A DNA stretch of 64,000 nucleotides from Spirochaetia bacterium (lineage in GTDB: Bacteria; Spirochaetota; Spirochaetia; UBA9216). This document shows positions 1 to 10,464 of this stretch, piece by piece. The stretch spans positions 3,712,001-3,776,000 of the forward strand of contig OY776510.1 of the NCBI GenBank assembly GCA_963675665.1, read 5' to 3'. The number at the start of each line of letters is the position of its first letter. Positions within the stretch are counted from its first letter, which is position 1. The notes beneath the pieces are model-generated. The model saw only the letters and a program-made list of their open reading frames with translations, made no database searches and was not told the origin of the DNA. Position numbers and translations under genes: made by a program.

Positions 1-2
1 TT

Positions 3-1061
3 GACTGTTTCCTTCTTTCCGAGAACAAAGCCGAATCGCTCCGGGACATTCTCGGAAGTGCTGCCGGTATTTTTACAGTACAGGGTGAATATGCCTGCCA
101 TTTCGGAGCGCTCAAGTACGCCCAATTAATCTTTGAGAAAGCATACGGCATAAGAGCGGGTTTCAAGCTTGATACCGATGAAGGCATTCACTCACAGGAT
201 TTAAAAGAAGCAACCGGCCGAACCTGGCTTGAACACCTCTGCCACCCATTCTGGGGCGGTTCGGCAGTTACTTCGGACAACCGCAGGGTAATGCTTGGAT
301 TCAATATCGGTGAATATGTAGATTCAAGGGACATGGATAATCTGGGATATGCAACTGCAATCAGAACACCGGAAGTCAAGCTGAAAGAAGACCTTAGGGG
401 GCCGTTTCTGCTTTTCAATAAAGGTGCCGCCCAGGCCAAGGGAACTGCTTTACTGAACCGTACGGAAAAACTTGAAGATTTTATCTCACACCCCCTCGTA
501 AAAGGCGGCGGATACGGGGTTGATAACTTCACATTAAAAGCAGCTGTTCCTGTCGGGTTTTCAATGGTCGGCAGGGCTGAAGATCAGCAATTCTATTTTT
601 CAGCCCTGGGAAGCGGGTTTCGGGGTATATTTAATCCTTTTCTCAGAATAATCCATTACAAGGACTCTGTAGCTGGAGCTGAACATAAAAATGAAGCTGT
701 CCGAAATGTAGCGGACATCTACCGGATGCTGATTTTCAGGGAAATGATGAAAAACCTTGATGTAATAGATCTGACACGTCCGTTCCCGTCTGTTTATGCT
801 TCAGAACTTGCGCCGCTTCAGGCATTCATCCTGTGGATATACTTTATCTTTAAGAGTTCTCTGGAAGGAGATGAGGCAACAGCGGAAGTTTACCTGAATG
901 AAGGCAAAAGCCGGTTAATCCCGCTTCTTTCTGAAATCTCGTGCGGCAAGGTTATGAAGCAATTTAATAAAGAGCGTTCGGATTGGAAATTCTTTATCAA
1001 TTCGGTAATGGATATTTCGGTCGAAGCCGCCCGCAGCTGGACAGAATCACTCAAACTCTGA
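3..1061 (+). CDS. Hypothetical protein, 5'-truncated by the window edge; possibly GT-A-fold-like
   Basis: The frame of ORF 291..1061 stays open back to position 3 (DCFLLSENKAES...GFKLDTDEGIH...). It has a DxD-like motif; no family recognised. Confidence 0.6.
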   Translation, partial: DCFLLSENKAESLRDILGSAAGIFTVQGEYACHFGALKYAQLIFEKAYGIRAGFKLDTDEGIHSQDLKEATGRTWLEHLCHPFWGGSAVTSDNRRVMLGFNIGEYVDSRDMDNLGYATAIRTPEVKLKEDLRGPFLLFNKGAAQAKGTALLNRTEKLEDFISHPLVKGGGYGVDNFTLKAAVPVGFSMVGRAEDQQFYFSALGSGFRGIFNPFLRIIHYKDSVAGAEHKNEAVRNVADIYRMLIFREMMKNLDVIDLTRPFPSVYASELAPLQAFILWIYFIFKSSLEGDEATAEVYLNEGKSRLIPLLSEISCGKVMKQFNKERSDWKFFINSVMDISVEAARSWTESLKL

Positions 1062-1079
1062 TTTATTTGGAGATTCTGC

Positions 1080-2864
1080 TTAATATCCCAGGTATTCACG
1101 TATCCTTTCTATAAAAACAGGTCCGTATGCCGACAGTTTGTGATCTCCCACACCATGAACTCTTAAAAAACTGCAGTTGTCCACGGGTTTTACAATACAC
1201 ATATCTTTCAGACTCTTATCCGAAAAAATTATATAAGGCGGCACATTTTTTTTTGAAGCCAATTCCGCCCGCACCACTTTTAAATATGAAAACATCTTTT
1301 CGTCATATATCCCGGAGCTTCGTTGCTCAGTGTTTAATTCCGCTGCCTTTTTCTCCTTCCTGATAATGAAAAAAGGTTTGCGGCCGTACAGTATCTCATA
1401 ACCTTTTGGAGTCAGTTTAACCGCATTGTAGGATTCGGAATCCTGGACAATTGCTTCCTGCCTTATCAAGTCGTCAACTATGCTTCTCCACCACTTTTTG
1501 GATTTTTCAGCGCCGGCTCCCCATGTTTTCAGTTTGTCATGATTGAATTTTCTGATTTTCTCGGTATCTGCGCCGCTGACAACATCAATTACATGCATTA
1601 TTCCAAAACGCTCGCCAGTCCTTACCGCTGCCGACATTATCTTCTGAGCGTCTTCCGTTGCATTCACTTTTTCAATCTGATCTGTGCATATATCACAGAA
1701 CCCGCAATTATCAGAAGCTTTTTCATCAAAATACTCAAGTAACTGCTTTCTTCGACATACATTTACCGATGCAAAAACAGACATCCTTCTTAGATTATCC
1801 GCTGCTTTCTTCTTCTCTTTATTATCCTTCATATTATCTATGTGATACTGAATCTTCATAATATCGCCTGTGCTGTACAGCAGAAGACATTGCGATGCAG
1901 AACCGTCTCGCCCGGCCCTTCCGGTTTCCTGATAATATCCTTCCATGCTGCGGGGAAGATCTCCGTGTATGATAAACCTGATGTTATTTTTGTTTATGCC
2001 CATTCCGAAAGCAATAGTTGCACATATTACGTCAATTCTGTCCCTGTTGAAAAGCTCCTGATTGGTGCGTCGAACTTCCGCGGACAGCCCGGCATGATAC
2101 GGCAGCGCTTTTATACCCCGCCCCGACAGATATTCAGCGGTTTTTTCAACATCTTTTCTTGATGTCCTGTAAACAATTCCGGCCTGTCCGCCGTGATCAC
2201 GTATAAAGGCTTCTATCTGTCCCAGCGCCTTGTCTTTTTTTTCCACCCGGTAAAAAAGTTCCGGCCTGTCGAATGAAGCTCTGACTTTCAGCGGGTTTTT
2301 AAGCTTAAGCAGCCGTATAATATCTTTCTGAACATGAAGAGTTGCTGTAGCTGTAAAAGCCGCTACCGGAATTCCCGGAAAGTATTTTTTTATCTTTGAA
2401 AGATTAAGATAATCCGGCCTGAAATCGTGGCCCCATTCCGACAGGCAATGCGCTTCATCAACAGCAAAAAGCCTTATTGGAAGTTTGCCGAGCTTTTCAT
2501 AATAGCCTTCAAGAGATAATCTCTCCGGTGAAAGATAAAGCAGTTTTATCTCTCCGCGGTACAACGAGGAATAAACCGACGATGTTTCTTCCGCAGACAA
2601 AGATGAATTAATAAATGCTGCGGACAGACCGTTTTCGACAGCTTCATCAACCTGGTCTTTCATGAGCGCTACCAGGGGGCTTACTACAATTGTAATACCA
2701 TCGAAAATTATTGAAGGCAATTGGTAGCAAATCGATTTGCCTCCGCCGGTCGGCATTGCGGCAAACACATCCCTTCCGTCAAGTACCGCCTTGATAATAT
2801 TCTCCTGGTTATCCCTGAATTTTTTGTAGCCGAACTGATCTTTTAAAATCTTCTTAAGATTCAT
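1080..2864 (-). CDS. recQ: ATP-dependent DNA helicase RecQ
   Basis: MPTGGGKS Walker A, VDEAHC, ATIAFGMGI, QETGRAGRDG, Zn-binding Cys cluster, RQC and C-terminal HRDC (VPPYIIFSD). Confidence 0.97.
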   Translation of the reverse strand: MNLKKILKDQFGYKKFRDNQENIIKAVLDGRDVFAAMPTGGGKSICYQLPSIIFDGITIVVSPLVALMKDQVDEAVENGLSAAFINSSLSAEETSSVYSSLYRGEIKLLYLSPERLSLEGYYEKLGKLPIRLFAVDEAHCLSEWGHDFRPDYLNLSKIKKYFPGIPVAAFTATATLHVQKDIIRLLKLKNPLKVRASFDRPELFYRVEKKDKALGQIEAFIRDHGGQAGIVYRTSRKDVEKTAEYLSGRGIKALPYHAGLSAEVRRTNQELFNRDRIDVICATIAFGMGINKNNIRFIIHGDLPRSMEGYYQETGRAGRDGSASQCLLLYSTGDIMKIQYHIDNMKDNKEKKKAADNLRRMSVFASVNVCRRKQLLEYFDEKASDNCGFCDICTDQIEKVNATEDAQKIMSAAVRTGERFGIMHVIDVVSGADTEKIRKFNHDKLKTWGAGAEKSKKWWRSIVDDLIRQEAIVQDSESYNAVKLTPKGYEILYGRKPFFIIRKEKKAAELNTEQRSSGIYDEKMFSYLKVVRAELASKKNVPPYIIFSDKSLKDMCIVKPVDNCSFLRVHGVGDHKLSAYGPVFIERIREYLGY

Positions 2865-2953
2865 GGACGCATTATATCTGCAATTATATTTACAGTATAC
2901 TGCAATCGTCTCATGTGATAATCTTGTTTAATAATTTAATTACAGGAGATATT

Positions 2954-3301
2954 ATGAAAAAAATAGCTTTTTTCGGATTCACCGGTGAACTGATGTGTTT
3001 TGCTCACGCCCTTTTTAATGCGGATGAGATGATAACAAACGGATGGGACGTCAAAGTAGTTTTGGAAGGACAATCAACCGGGCTGATACCGATTCTTGAT
3101 GATGAGAAAAATCCGTTTCGAAGCCTTTATATAAAACTCAGGAACATGCCCGATACTGTTTCCGTCTGCCAGGCCTGCGCTAACAAGATGGGAACGCTTG
3201 AAAATGCAAAATCCCAGAACCTTAAACTTGAAAACAACCTGCTCGGACATCCTTCGATTAAAGATTATATAGACAAAGGTTATCAGATAGTAACAATCTG
3301 A
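2954..3301 (+). CDS. DsrE/DsrF-like small protein
   Basis: HAL..A, VVLEG and VCQACA motifs; AGGAG RBS before ATG 2954. Confidence 0.7.
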   Translation: MKKIAFFGFTGELMCFAHALFNADEMITNGWDVKVVLEGQSTGLIPILDDEKNPFRSLYIKLRNMPDTVSVCQACANKMGTLENAKSQNLKLENNLLGHPSIKDYIDKGYQIVTI

Positions 3302-3325
3302 CGGTAATAAAGTGTTTAAAAAGTA

Positions 3326-3376
3326 TTGACAGATCCATATTTAGATAATATATTGTGTACTATCTTATTAGAACAC
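3326..3376 (+). promoter_or_regulatory. Sigma70 promoter plus YtrA/GntR-like operator palindrome for the export operon
   Basis: TTGACA(3326)-17 nt-TATATT(3349), then the imperfect inverted repeat GTGTACTATCTTATTAGAACAC (3355-3376). Confidence 0.6.
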
Positions 3377-3469
3377 TAATATTGTAACTATGATATTTAT
3401 TCTGCTTATATGAATAAATACTACTGTAAATTGTATGTATAAACGAGATTAAATAAAAAGGACGAAAAT

Positions 3470-4231
3470 ATGAAAAATACGATCAAAAAATGGGCAGGTA
3501 TAATCAGCTCGCCTTCGACAGGATTTGCTACCGTAAATGATGCCACACCGTTTTTCCTGGCGCTGATTATCATACTTATCCTTACATTAGCCTCTTCAGC
3601 TCTTTTACTCCCGGTTCTCGGAAGCGACGGTTACATGAACGCCCTTTCCCGAGCACAGATAAATACACTTAAGGAAAGGGGAACCGTCATGTCTGAGGAT
3701 CAGATAGAGGCGATGCAGAAACAGCTTCAGTCCGACAGTGTCCGTACCATTACCATGGTCAGCGCAACTGCGGGATCTGTAGTAACATATGTTGCTATGC
3801 TTTTTGTATCCGTTCTGCTGATGAAACTGATTCTTCTTATCTTCAGGGAAAAAACTTCATTTAAACTTCTTCTCAGGATAATGATTTTCATCGCACTCAT
3901 TACAGCATTTCAAATGATTGTAAAAAACCTTATAACAGTTCTGACCGATTACGAACGTGTTCTTTCAAGGGTTCAGTATGCTTTAGATCTACAGTATGCC
4001 CTGTCGTCTTCAGTAAGCCTTGCGGCCCTGTTTTCTCCGGCCGGGATGAACCCGTCCCTGTATTATCTTCTCGATGCTTTTACCGATATTTTCAACTGGC
4101 TTTATTACGGTTACCTGTATGCCGGGCTCAGATGGGCAGCAGGACTGAATAAAAGCAAAGCCCTTTCTGTAACAATCGTATCAGCAATTGTAATGATCGG
4201 TATAGGCCTGATTATTACCCTGATAGTTTAA
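3470..4231 (+). CDS. Yip1-family membrane protein
   Basis: N-terminal IISSPSTGF, about 5 TM segments, first gene of a MacAB/TolC-like operon. Confidence 0.75.
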   Translation: MKNTIKKWAGIISSPSTGFATVNDATPFFLALIIILILTLASSALLLPVLGSDGYMNALSRAQINTLKERGTVMSEDQIEAMQKQLQSDSVRTITMVSATAGSVVTYVAMLFVSVLLMKLILLIFREKTSFKLLLRIMIFIALITAFQMIVKNLITVLTDYERVLSRVQYALDLQYALSSSVSLAALFSPAGMNPSLYYLLDAFTDIFNWLYYGYLYAGLRWAAGLNKSKALSVTIVSAIVMIGIGLIITLIV

Positions 4232-4246
4232 TTTATTAGAGAACAG

Positions 4247-5752
4247 ATGAAAAAGATATTTCTATTAATTTTTTTAACAGCCGTTTCAGCCCGGTTATTC
4301 GCGCTGAACACCCCTGAAATCAATGATTCAGTATTGCAGAACCTTCTTCAGGCCCAACAGCAGAACAGCAGGGCTTATGCTTCAAATGAAGCATTTCTGG
4401 AAACCGGGGCGCTGCAGTACGATATATCCAAATCAGGTCTTTACCCCCAGATTAATCTGGATCTATCGGGAACAGGCTCAAATGCCTTTTATCAGCGCTA
4501 TAAATATGAACCGGACGCCCTGCCCGATACAACCTTTGACATCGAGCTTAATAACAGTTATTTATTTTCAGCCGGTCCGGAGATAAGCATAACCCAGCTT
4601 CTGCCTTCTGCAGGCGTGTTAAGCGGAAGCATAACCGATTCGGTTTCAGCCGCAGGGCTTGAAGAATCCAGCCATCCGGATTTTTATGAAACAAGCGATC
4701 CAAAATATTCGAATGATCTGACCTTTTCATTAGGAGTGTCGCAGCCTTTGTATTTCGGCAATGCATATAAAGCCGGGCTTGTCCAGATTAACGAATCCCG
4801 CGAGATCAACAGGATAACCTACCTGGATAATCGAAACAGCCTGATAATATCGGCTGTCGCAGATTATTACGAATTGATTCAAAAAGCTTATCAACTTGAT
4901 CTTGTGCAGGCGCGCCTGGAAGTCAATTCTGAAAATGAAAAAAAAATGCTTCGCGAACATGAACTCGGCATGTGGACCAGGGCACAGCTTAACTCTGCCG
5001 CCGCAGTAAGGCTTCAATCGGAAGCGGACCTGCTTAAGTCTGAAATGGCATTAACTTCAATACTGGACAGGATTGCAGCGCTTTATGGAATTGTACTTGA
5101 TATGGAATCGACAACACGACAGATAGAGCAGATTTCATTCAGTTTGTCCGATGTTAATCCTGATGATGCTGACATCCTTTCGTCAAGCCCGGCCATACTG
5201 ATTTTTCAGAAAAGAATAATGATTGCAGATTCCGCCGTTACCATTCAGAAAAAAGATTCTGCCATCACCCTCTCGGCAGGCGGAAGTTATACAATTTCAA
5301 ACGGTATAACAGACGAATCCAGCGCTTCGGATAATCTTGTTTTCAGCCTTGGGCTCTCCGTACCGGTTGCTGACGGAAAAGCGTCAGGAAAAAGTATTGA
5401 ATTGAAACAGAAGGAATCTGAAAAACTGCAAAACGATTACGATGATCAACAAAAACGAACCAGGGCCGAACTTCAGACACTTCTGAATAATATCAGCGTC
5501 AGTAAAAGACTTTCAGAAATTTACCGTCTGCAGGAAGAAGCTGCTGCTTTCGATTTGGAAAAAGGCGTGCGGGAACTCGAGCTTGGAGGAATAAGCCAGA
5601 AAGAATTGCTCGATCTTCAAATTAATCTGGAAAATACCAGGCTTACAATGTTGGTCAATAAAATTGAATATAATCTTACGGTTCTTAATATTTACAGACT
5701 TCTCGGCATCGATTTACAAATGCTGACAATGAATCCTTTAGGAGAGAAATAG
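4247..5752 (+). CDS. TolC-family outer membrane efflux protein
   Basis: Signal peptide, LYPQINL, helical repeats, LGLSVPV strand; operon context. Confidence 0.8.
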   Translation: MKKIFLLIFLTAVSARLFALNTPEINDSVLQNLLQAQQQNSRAYASNEAFLETGALQYDISKSGLYPQINLDLSGTGSNAFYQRYKYEPDALPDTTFDIELNNSYLFSAGPEISITQLLPSAGVLSGSITDSVSAAGLEESSHPDFYETSDPKYSNDLTFSLGVSQPLYFGNAYKAGLVQINESREINRITYLDNRNSLIISAVADYYELIQKAYQLDLVQARLEVNSENEKKMLREHELGMWTRAQLNSAAAVRLQSEADLLKSEMALTSILDRIAALYGIVLDMESTTRQIEQISFSLSDVNPDDADILSSSPAILIFQKRIMIADSAVTIQKKDSAITLSAGGSYTISNGITDESSASDNLVFSLGLSVPVADGKASGKSIELKQKESEKLQNDYDDQQKRTRAELQTLLNNISVSKRLSEIYRLQEEAAAFDLEKGVRELELGGISQKELLDLQINLENTRLTMLVNKIEYNLTVLNIYRLLGIDLQMLTMNPLGEK

Positions 5753-7060
5753 ATGAACAGAAAAAAAATACTCATCGCAGTTGGTGCGCTTGTGGTCCTG
5801 GCAGTTTTTGTAACAATCAGCATTATAAATAAAAACAGGGAAAAACCGATAGAAGTTGCAGCTTATGAAATTGAGCTTCAGGATTTCATCCGTGAAGTCT
5901 CTGCTAACGGCGATATCAGCTCAAAAGAATATACAAGAATATATGCTGCTGTAGCCGCGTCTGTAGAAAATGTCACTGCAGAAGAAGGAGATTCTGTTCG
6001 GAAAGACCAGGTTTTAATAAGACTTGATCAGGAAAGCCTTGAGAACAATTTAATTAATGCTGAAAATGCTGTTACCAATACAAAAATGGCAGTCAGGGCC
6101 GAACTTCTTAATCTAAGATCCGCCTATTCAAATGCGGTTACTACATTTGCCCAGACCGAACGCGAATGGAAAAGGAAATCTGAACTCTATAAAATTGGTT
6201 CAGTCAGTGACGAGGAATTAAAACTTGTGCAGGAACAGCTTGTTATAGCTGAAGAGAATCTGGATTCTGCCCTTCAGAAACTCAATTTCCGTGAAGGACG
6301 GGAACTTGACGACGACAGGAGCAGTCCTTATTTGTCGGATACGGAAATCGTTAACCGTTCTCCTGAAGTAATAAAGGCGTTGTCCGATTACGATATAAAC
6401 CTGAAAAATCTGAAATATTATGAAATAAAAAGTAAAACGGAAGGAACCCTCACTGCTCTGAATGTAGACAACAACAGCGTAGTTGAACCTGGAATGCTTA
6501 TGGCAGAAATTCATGATGAAGAACAGCTGATTGTTGAAGCGGCGATTGACGAAGTTGACCTGTCTTACATCAAAATTGGGCAGGAGGTTAAAATCACTTC
6601 AGATTCTTTCATTGGAACCGAGATCTCCGGAAAGGTTTCAAAAATTGCGCCCATCATTCGAAAAGTCGGCGATTCAAGGGTATGTGAAATTGAGGTTGAA
6701 CTACTTGAAAACCCCGACAAGGTTGCGCGTATAGGCGCCAGCGCTTCAATTTTTATTATTGTTGACACAAGACTGCAGAAGCCTGCAATACCTGTGGAAG
6801 CATATTTCATTGAGGAAAACCAGAAGTTTATATTTGTTCTTAAACCTGCTGATGACCAGGATCCGGATAATCCGGAATATTTTATTGCCGAACGCAGACA
6901 GATCGAAACCGGCATCCTCGATATTGAAAATATCGAAGTAACTGAAGGGCTTTCAGAAGGAGATTTAATTCTTATCGGCAGAATCCCGGGTGTTGAGGAC
7001 GGCAGCGAAGTCAAAATTATCGCGGAAGATAAGTATGATGAAGAGAACAAAGAAGAATAA
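5753..7060 (+). CDS. Efflux periplasmic adaptor (MacA/HlyD-like)
   Basis: N-terminal TM anchor, [12 protein letters not shown] lipoyl half-motif, coiled coil, [10 protein letters not shown]. Confidence 0.88.
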   Translation: MNRKKILIAVGALVVLAVFVTISIINKNREKPIEVAAYEIELQDFIREVSANGDISSKEYTRIYAAVAASVENVTAEEGDSVRKDQVLIRLDQESLENNLINAENAVTNTKMAVRAELLNLRSAYSNAVTTFAQTEREWKRKSELYKIGSVSDEELKLVQEQLVIAEENLDSALQKLNFREGRELDDDRSSPYLSDTEIVNRSPEVIKALSDYDINLKNLKYYEIKSKTEGTLTALNVDNNSVVEPGMLMAEIHDEEQLIVEAAIDEVDLSYIKIGQEVKITSDSFIGTEISGKVSKIAPIIRKVGDSRVCEIEVELLENPDKVARIGASASIFIIVDTRLQKPAIPVEAYFIEENQKFIFVLKPADDQDPDNPEYFIAERRQIETGILDIENIEVTEGLSEGDLILIGRIPGVEDGSEVKIIAEDKYDEENKEE

Positions 7061-7074
7061 AAGGCTGGATTAAA

Positions 7075-7857
7075 TTGGCTATTATAAAACTTGCTAATAT
7101 AAATAAAATCTACAAAATGGGAAACATCGAAGTGCGTGCGCTCGATAATGTAAGTCTTGAAATTGACGAGCATGAGTTTATCTGCATCATGGGCGCCTCC
7201 GGTTCGGGCAAATCAACCCTGATGAATATCATCGGATGTCTCGATCGTCCTACATCAGGTTCATATCATCTGGACAGTAAAGACGTCTCCAACCTGTCCG
7301 ATCTTGAACTGGCGGCTGTTCGAAATAAAAAGATCGGCTTTGTTTTTCAAACCTTCAATCTTCTTCCCCGAATAAGCGCCAGGCGAAATGTTGAATTACC
7401 GCTTATCTATTCCGGTTATTCTGCCCGTGAAAGGCGGAGCATGGCTGAAGCGGCCCTTGAACGTGTAGAACTTTCAGACAGGGCCGATCATAAACCGAAT
7501 GAACTCTCCGGAGGCCAGAGACAACGTGTTGCAATTGCAAGGGCCCTTGTAAATAATCCGAGTATTATTTTTGCTGATGAGCCGACCGGAAACCTGGACT
7601 CGCGAACCGGACTTACAATTATGTCGCTCTTCCAGAAACTGTATGAACAGGGCGCAACAATTGTAATGGTAACCCATGAAATGGATATTGCCATGTACGG
7701 ACACCGGATAATCCATCTTCGAGACGGGAAAATACACGGCGATGAAGAAGTCAGGGATCGGGCCAATGCGGAACAAACCCTGACCAAACTGGCGGATCTT
7801 AATACACAGAATCTGACCGAAGCAATCAATATTCATAAAACGGAGCAGGGAAAGTGA
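7075..7857 (+). CDS. ABC transporter ATP-binding protein (MacB/LolD-like)
   Basis: [33 protein letters not shown]. Confidence 0.95.
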   Translation: MAIIKLANINKIYKMGNIEVRALDNVSLEIDEHEFICIMGASGSGKSTLMNIIGCLDRPTSGSYHLDSKDVSNLSDLELAAVRNKKIGFVFQTFNLLPRISARRNVELPLIYSGYSARERRSMAEAALERVELSDRADHKPNELSGGQRQRVAIARALVNNPSIIFADEPTGNLDSRTGLTIMSLFQKLYEQGATIVMVTHEMDIAMYGHRIIHLRDGKIHGDEEVRDRANAEQTLTKLADLNTQNLTEAINIHKTEQGK

Positions 7858-9068
7858 AGTTTACCGAGGGACTTCGCGAGTCCACATCAGTTATCGGCGG
7901 CAATAAAGCCCGATCTTTTCTTACAATATTGGGTATTAATTTCGGAGTCGGCTGTCTCATAGCTATCTCCGTCATCGGACTTGCTTTCAGAGACTCTGTC
8001 GGCAGCGAGATAGGCCGATACGGTTCTACAATGCTCTGGGTCCAGGTTAACTGGCAATCATATGTGGACAATGAAAACAGAACAACCATGGACGGAAGAG
8101 ACATCACCTTTTTTCAACAGACACTTCCCGGCCTGAAATCATCAGGGTCGCTTTTCTCGGACATGTATACTGCAAGCTATATGGGAAATTCCGAAGAAGT
8201 GGAAGTTCTGGGGGTTGCCCCGGGACATTTCGATATGTTTGATATAAATATTGAAGAAGGCCGGCAGTATTATGAACAGGACATCTACCTCAGAAAAAGG
8301 GTATGTGTCCTGAGACCTGATATAGTTTCCAGACTATTCGAAGAAAAAGATCCTGTCGGAAAGACAATCAGGCTTTCAGGAAAAAACTATACGGTCATCG
8401 GGGTTACCGACCGCGTTTCCAATATGTTTCTTTCGGACGGTTCTGATAATAATACTGTCTTCATTCCGGATTATTTTGTAGGCTCAAGGATATGGGGCGG
8501 CAGATATATTAAATACTGGATCTATCTGTTCAAATTCGACTCGATTGAAGACGTGAATATTGCAGAAGAACGTATAGAATCTTACCTTACAAAAAAATAC
8601 GGCCTTATACGCGGCGAGCCCAGGTTCAGAATATCACGGCTTGATTCTTTTGTGGGAATGGTTGATCGGATACTCGGAATAATCACAACCCTGGTTACAG
8701 TTATCGCCGCCATATCAATAGTTGTCGGGGGCCTTGGCATTATGAATATCATGCTTGTGGCCGTTACCGAACGAACCAGGGAAATCGGCATTCGTATGGC
8801 GGTCGGGGCGACAAGGCAGGATATAATAATCCAGTTTGTTATTGAAGCAGTTGTGTTATGCCTGATAGGCGGCGGAACAGGTGTTGTTTTCGGTTCGGTT
8901 CTTGCAGCAGTAGTCTGCAGGATACTGGAGTGGAAGTTTCTTCTTAGTTTCTTTTATGTAGCCGGAGCACTTGCAATTTCAACTTTTATAGGTCTTGTGT
9001 TCGGCATTTACCCGGCATGGAAAGCTTCAAGACTTATGCCTGTTGAAGCTCTCCGCGCGGACATTTAA
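7854..9068 (+). CDS. ABC transporter permease (MacB/FtsX-like)
   Basis: [41 protein letters not shown]. Confidence 0.93.
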   Translation: MKFTEGLRESTSVIGGNKARSFLTILGINFGVGCLIAISVIGLAFRDSVGSEIGRYGSTMLWVQVNWQSYVDNENRTTMDGRDITFFQQTLPGLKSSGSLFSDMYTASYMGNSEEVEVLGVAPGHFDMFDINIEEGRQYYEQDIYLRKRVCVLRPDIVSRLFEEKDPVGKTIRLSGKNYTVIGVTDRVSNMFLSDGSDNNTVFIPDYFVGSRIWGGRYIKYWIYLFKFDSIEDVNIAEERIESYLTKKYGLIRGEPRFRISRLDSFVGMVDRILGIITTLVTVIAAISIVVGGLGIMNIMLVAVTERTREIGIRMAVGATRQDIIIQFVIEAVVLCLIGGGTGVVFGSVLAAVVCRILEWKFLLSFFYVAGALAISTFIGLVFGIYPAWKASRLMPVEALRADI

Positions 9069-9164
9069 GGAAAAAATTACTTTTTTCCTTTTGAAGTTTG
9101 AAAACTCAAACTTCACATTTTATTCACCGCCCTCCATGGCGGGAATATAGTTTTTTTAAGGAGG
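9067..9164 (+). repeat. Three-hairpin intercistronic element, copy A
   Basis: AAGGAAAAAA-TTAC-TTTTTTCCTT; TGAAGTTTGA-AAAC-TCAAACTTCA; CCGCC-CTCCAT-GGCGG; then SD AAGGAGG. Same layout at 43158-43253(-) and 52695-52802(+). Confidence 0.75.
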
Positions 9165-9168
9165 ATTC

Positions 9169-10416
9169 ATGCGGACATCACGTTCGGTTACAATAGGAAA
9201 TCTCTTCAGGGAAGCCGGTTCGGCCATTATCTCAAATAAATCAAGAACCATACTGACACTTCTGGGAATTGTAATCGGGATTTCTTCAGTCATAACTGTT
9301 ATTGCTGCGGGGGCCGGCGGGCGTTCGATCATCATGAAGGAATTCGAAGGTCTGACTCCGACGACACTCTCAATATATACAAACTGGGAAGCCCGAAGCA
9401 AGAATGCCACTTATAAACCGGATACAATGACCGCCCGGGATATTGAAGATTTAAAGAAATACGCGCCACACCTCACTGCAATTGCGCCAATCCAGCAGAT
9501 GAGAACAATGCTTAAAGTCGGAAATATTGAAAAACAGCTTTCTGTAACAGGGACAACCGAAGCATATATAGAATACGTTGAAGTTGAGCTCCAGTCGGGC
9601 AGAATAATCACTTCAGAAGAAGTACTTCATCAGGAAAAAGTCGCTGTAGTAGGCTCTCTTATCAAAAAAGAGTTTTTTCCTGATTCCGATGCAGTCGGTA
9701 ACTATATTATTGCCTTTGGTGTTCCCGTTAAAATTGTCGGTGTGTTAAAGGAAAAGGAAAAAACCGATACTATTTCAATATCCGACCCTGATTCAAGCTT
9801 CAACAATGCTTTTGTAGTTCCTATCTCATTATTTAAACGTCTGTTCGGCGGGGATGGAAATTACTGGAGCGTTATTGCAAAGGCCACAAGCATCGAAGAT
9901 ATACCAAAAGCACAAAAAGAGACGCTCAACGTTCTTGCACGCAATCATGGCAAATGGGATGATAAAATAGACAAATATACGGTGATGTCGATGAAAGAAC
10001 AGCTTGAGATGATTAATAATGTTGTAACCACTATTACAGTCGGTGTTGCAGTTCTTGCCGGAATTGCCCTGCTGGTTGCAGCTATCGGAATAATGAATAT
10101 TATGCTGGTCTCAGTAAAAGAACGCACCAGGGAAATTGGAATAAGAAAAGCGCTCGGCGCAAGAGAATCAGATATAAGGATTCAATTTCTTGTAGAAACA
10201 CTTATACTCTGCGGCGGCGGAGGGCTCGGCGGCCTCACCGTATCAGTTGCTGCATCAATAATAATCGGGAAACTGGCATCATGGCCGGTTATACTTGATC
10301 CCCAGACGGCAGTAATTGCCGTAGTGCTGTCCCTGCTCACTGGTCTTTTGTCAGGTTTTTATCCGGCAGCAAGAGCGGCCAGGCTTGTTCCTCACGAAGC
10401 ATTGAGATATGAGTAA
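9169..10416 (+). CDS. ABC transporter permease (MacB/FtsX-like), second subunit
   Basis: [44 protein letters not shown]. Confidence 0.93.
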   Translation: MRTSRSVTIGNLFREAGSAIISNKSRTILTLLGIVIGISSVITVIAAGAGGRSIIMKEFEGLTPTTLSIYTNWEARSKNATYKPDTMTARDIEDLKKYAPHLTAIAPIQQMRTMLKVGNIEKQLSVTGTTEAYIEYVEVELQSGRIITSEEVLHQEKVAVVGSLIKKEFFPDSDAVGNYIIAFGVPVKIVGVLKEKEKTDTISISDPDSSFNNAFVVPISLFKRLFGGDGNYWSVIAKATSIEDIPKAQKETLNVLARNHGKWDDKIDKYTVMSMKEQLEMINNVVTTITVGVAVLAGIALLVAAIGIMNIMLVSVKERTREIGIRKALGARESDIRIQFLVETLILCGGGGLGGLTVSVAASIIIGKLASWPVILDPQTAVIAVVLSLLTGLLSGFYPAARAARLVPHEALRYE

Positions 10417-10464
10417 TTTCTTCAGTATGGATTATTTTTAAATTATCCGGTAGATTATTGCCAG

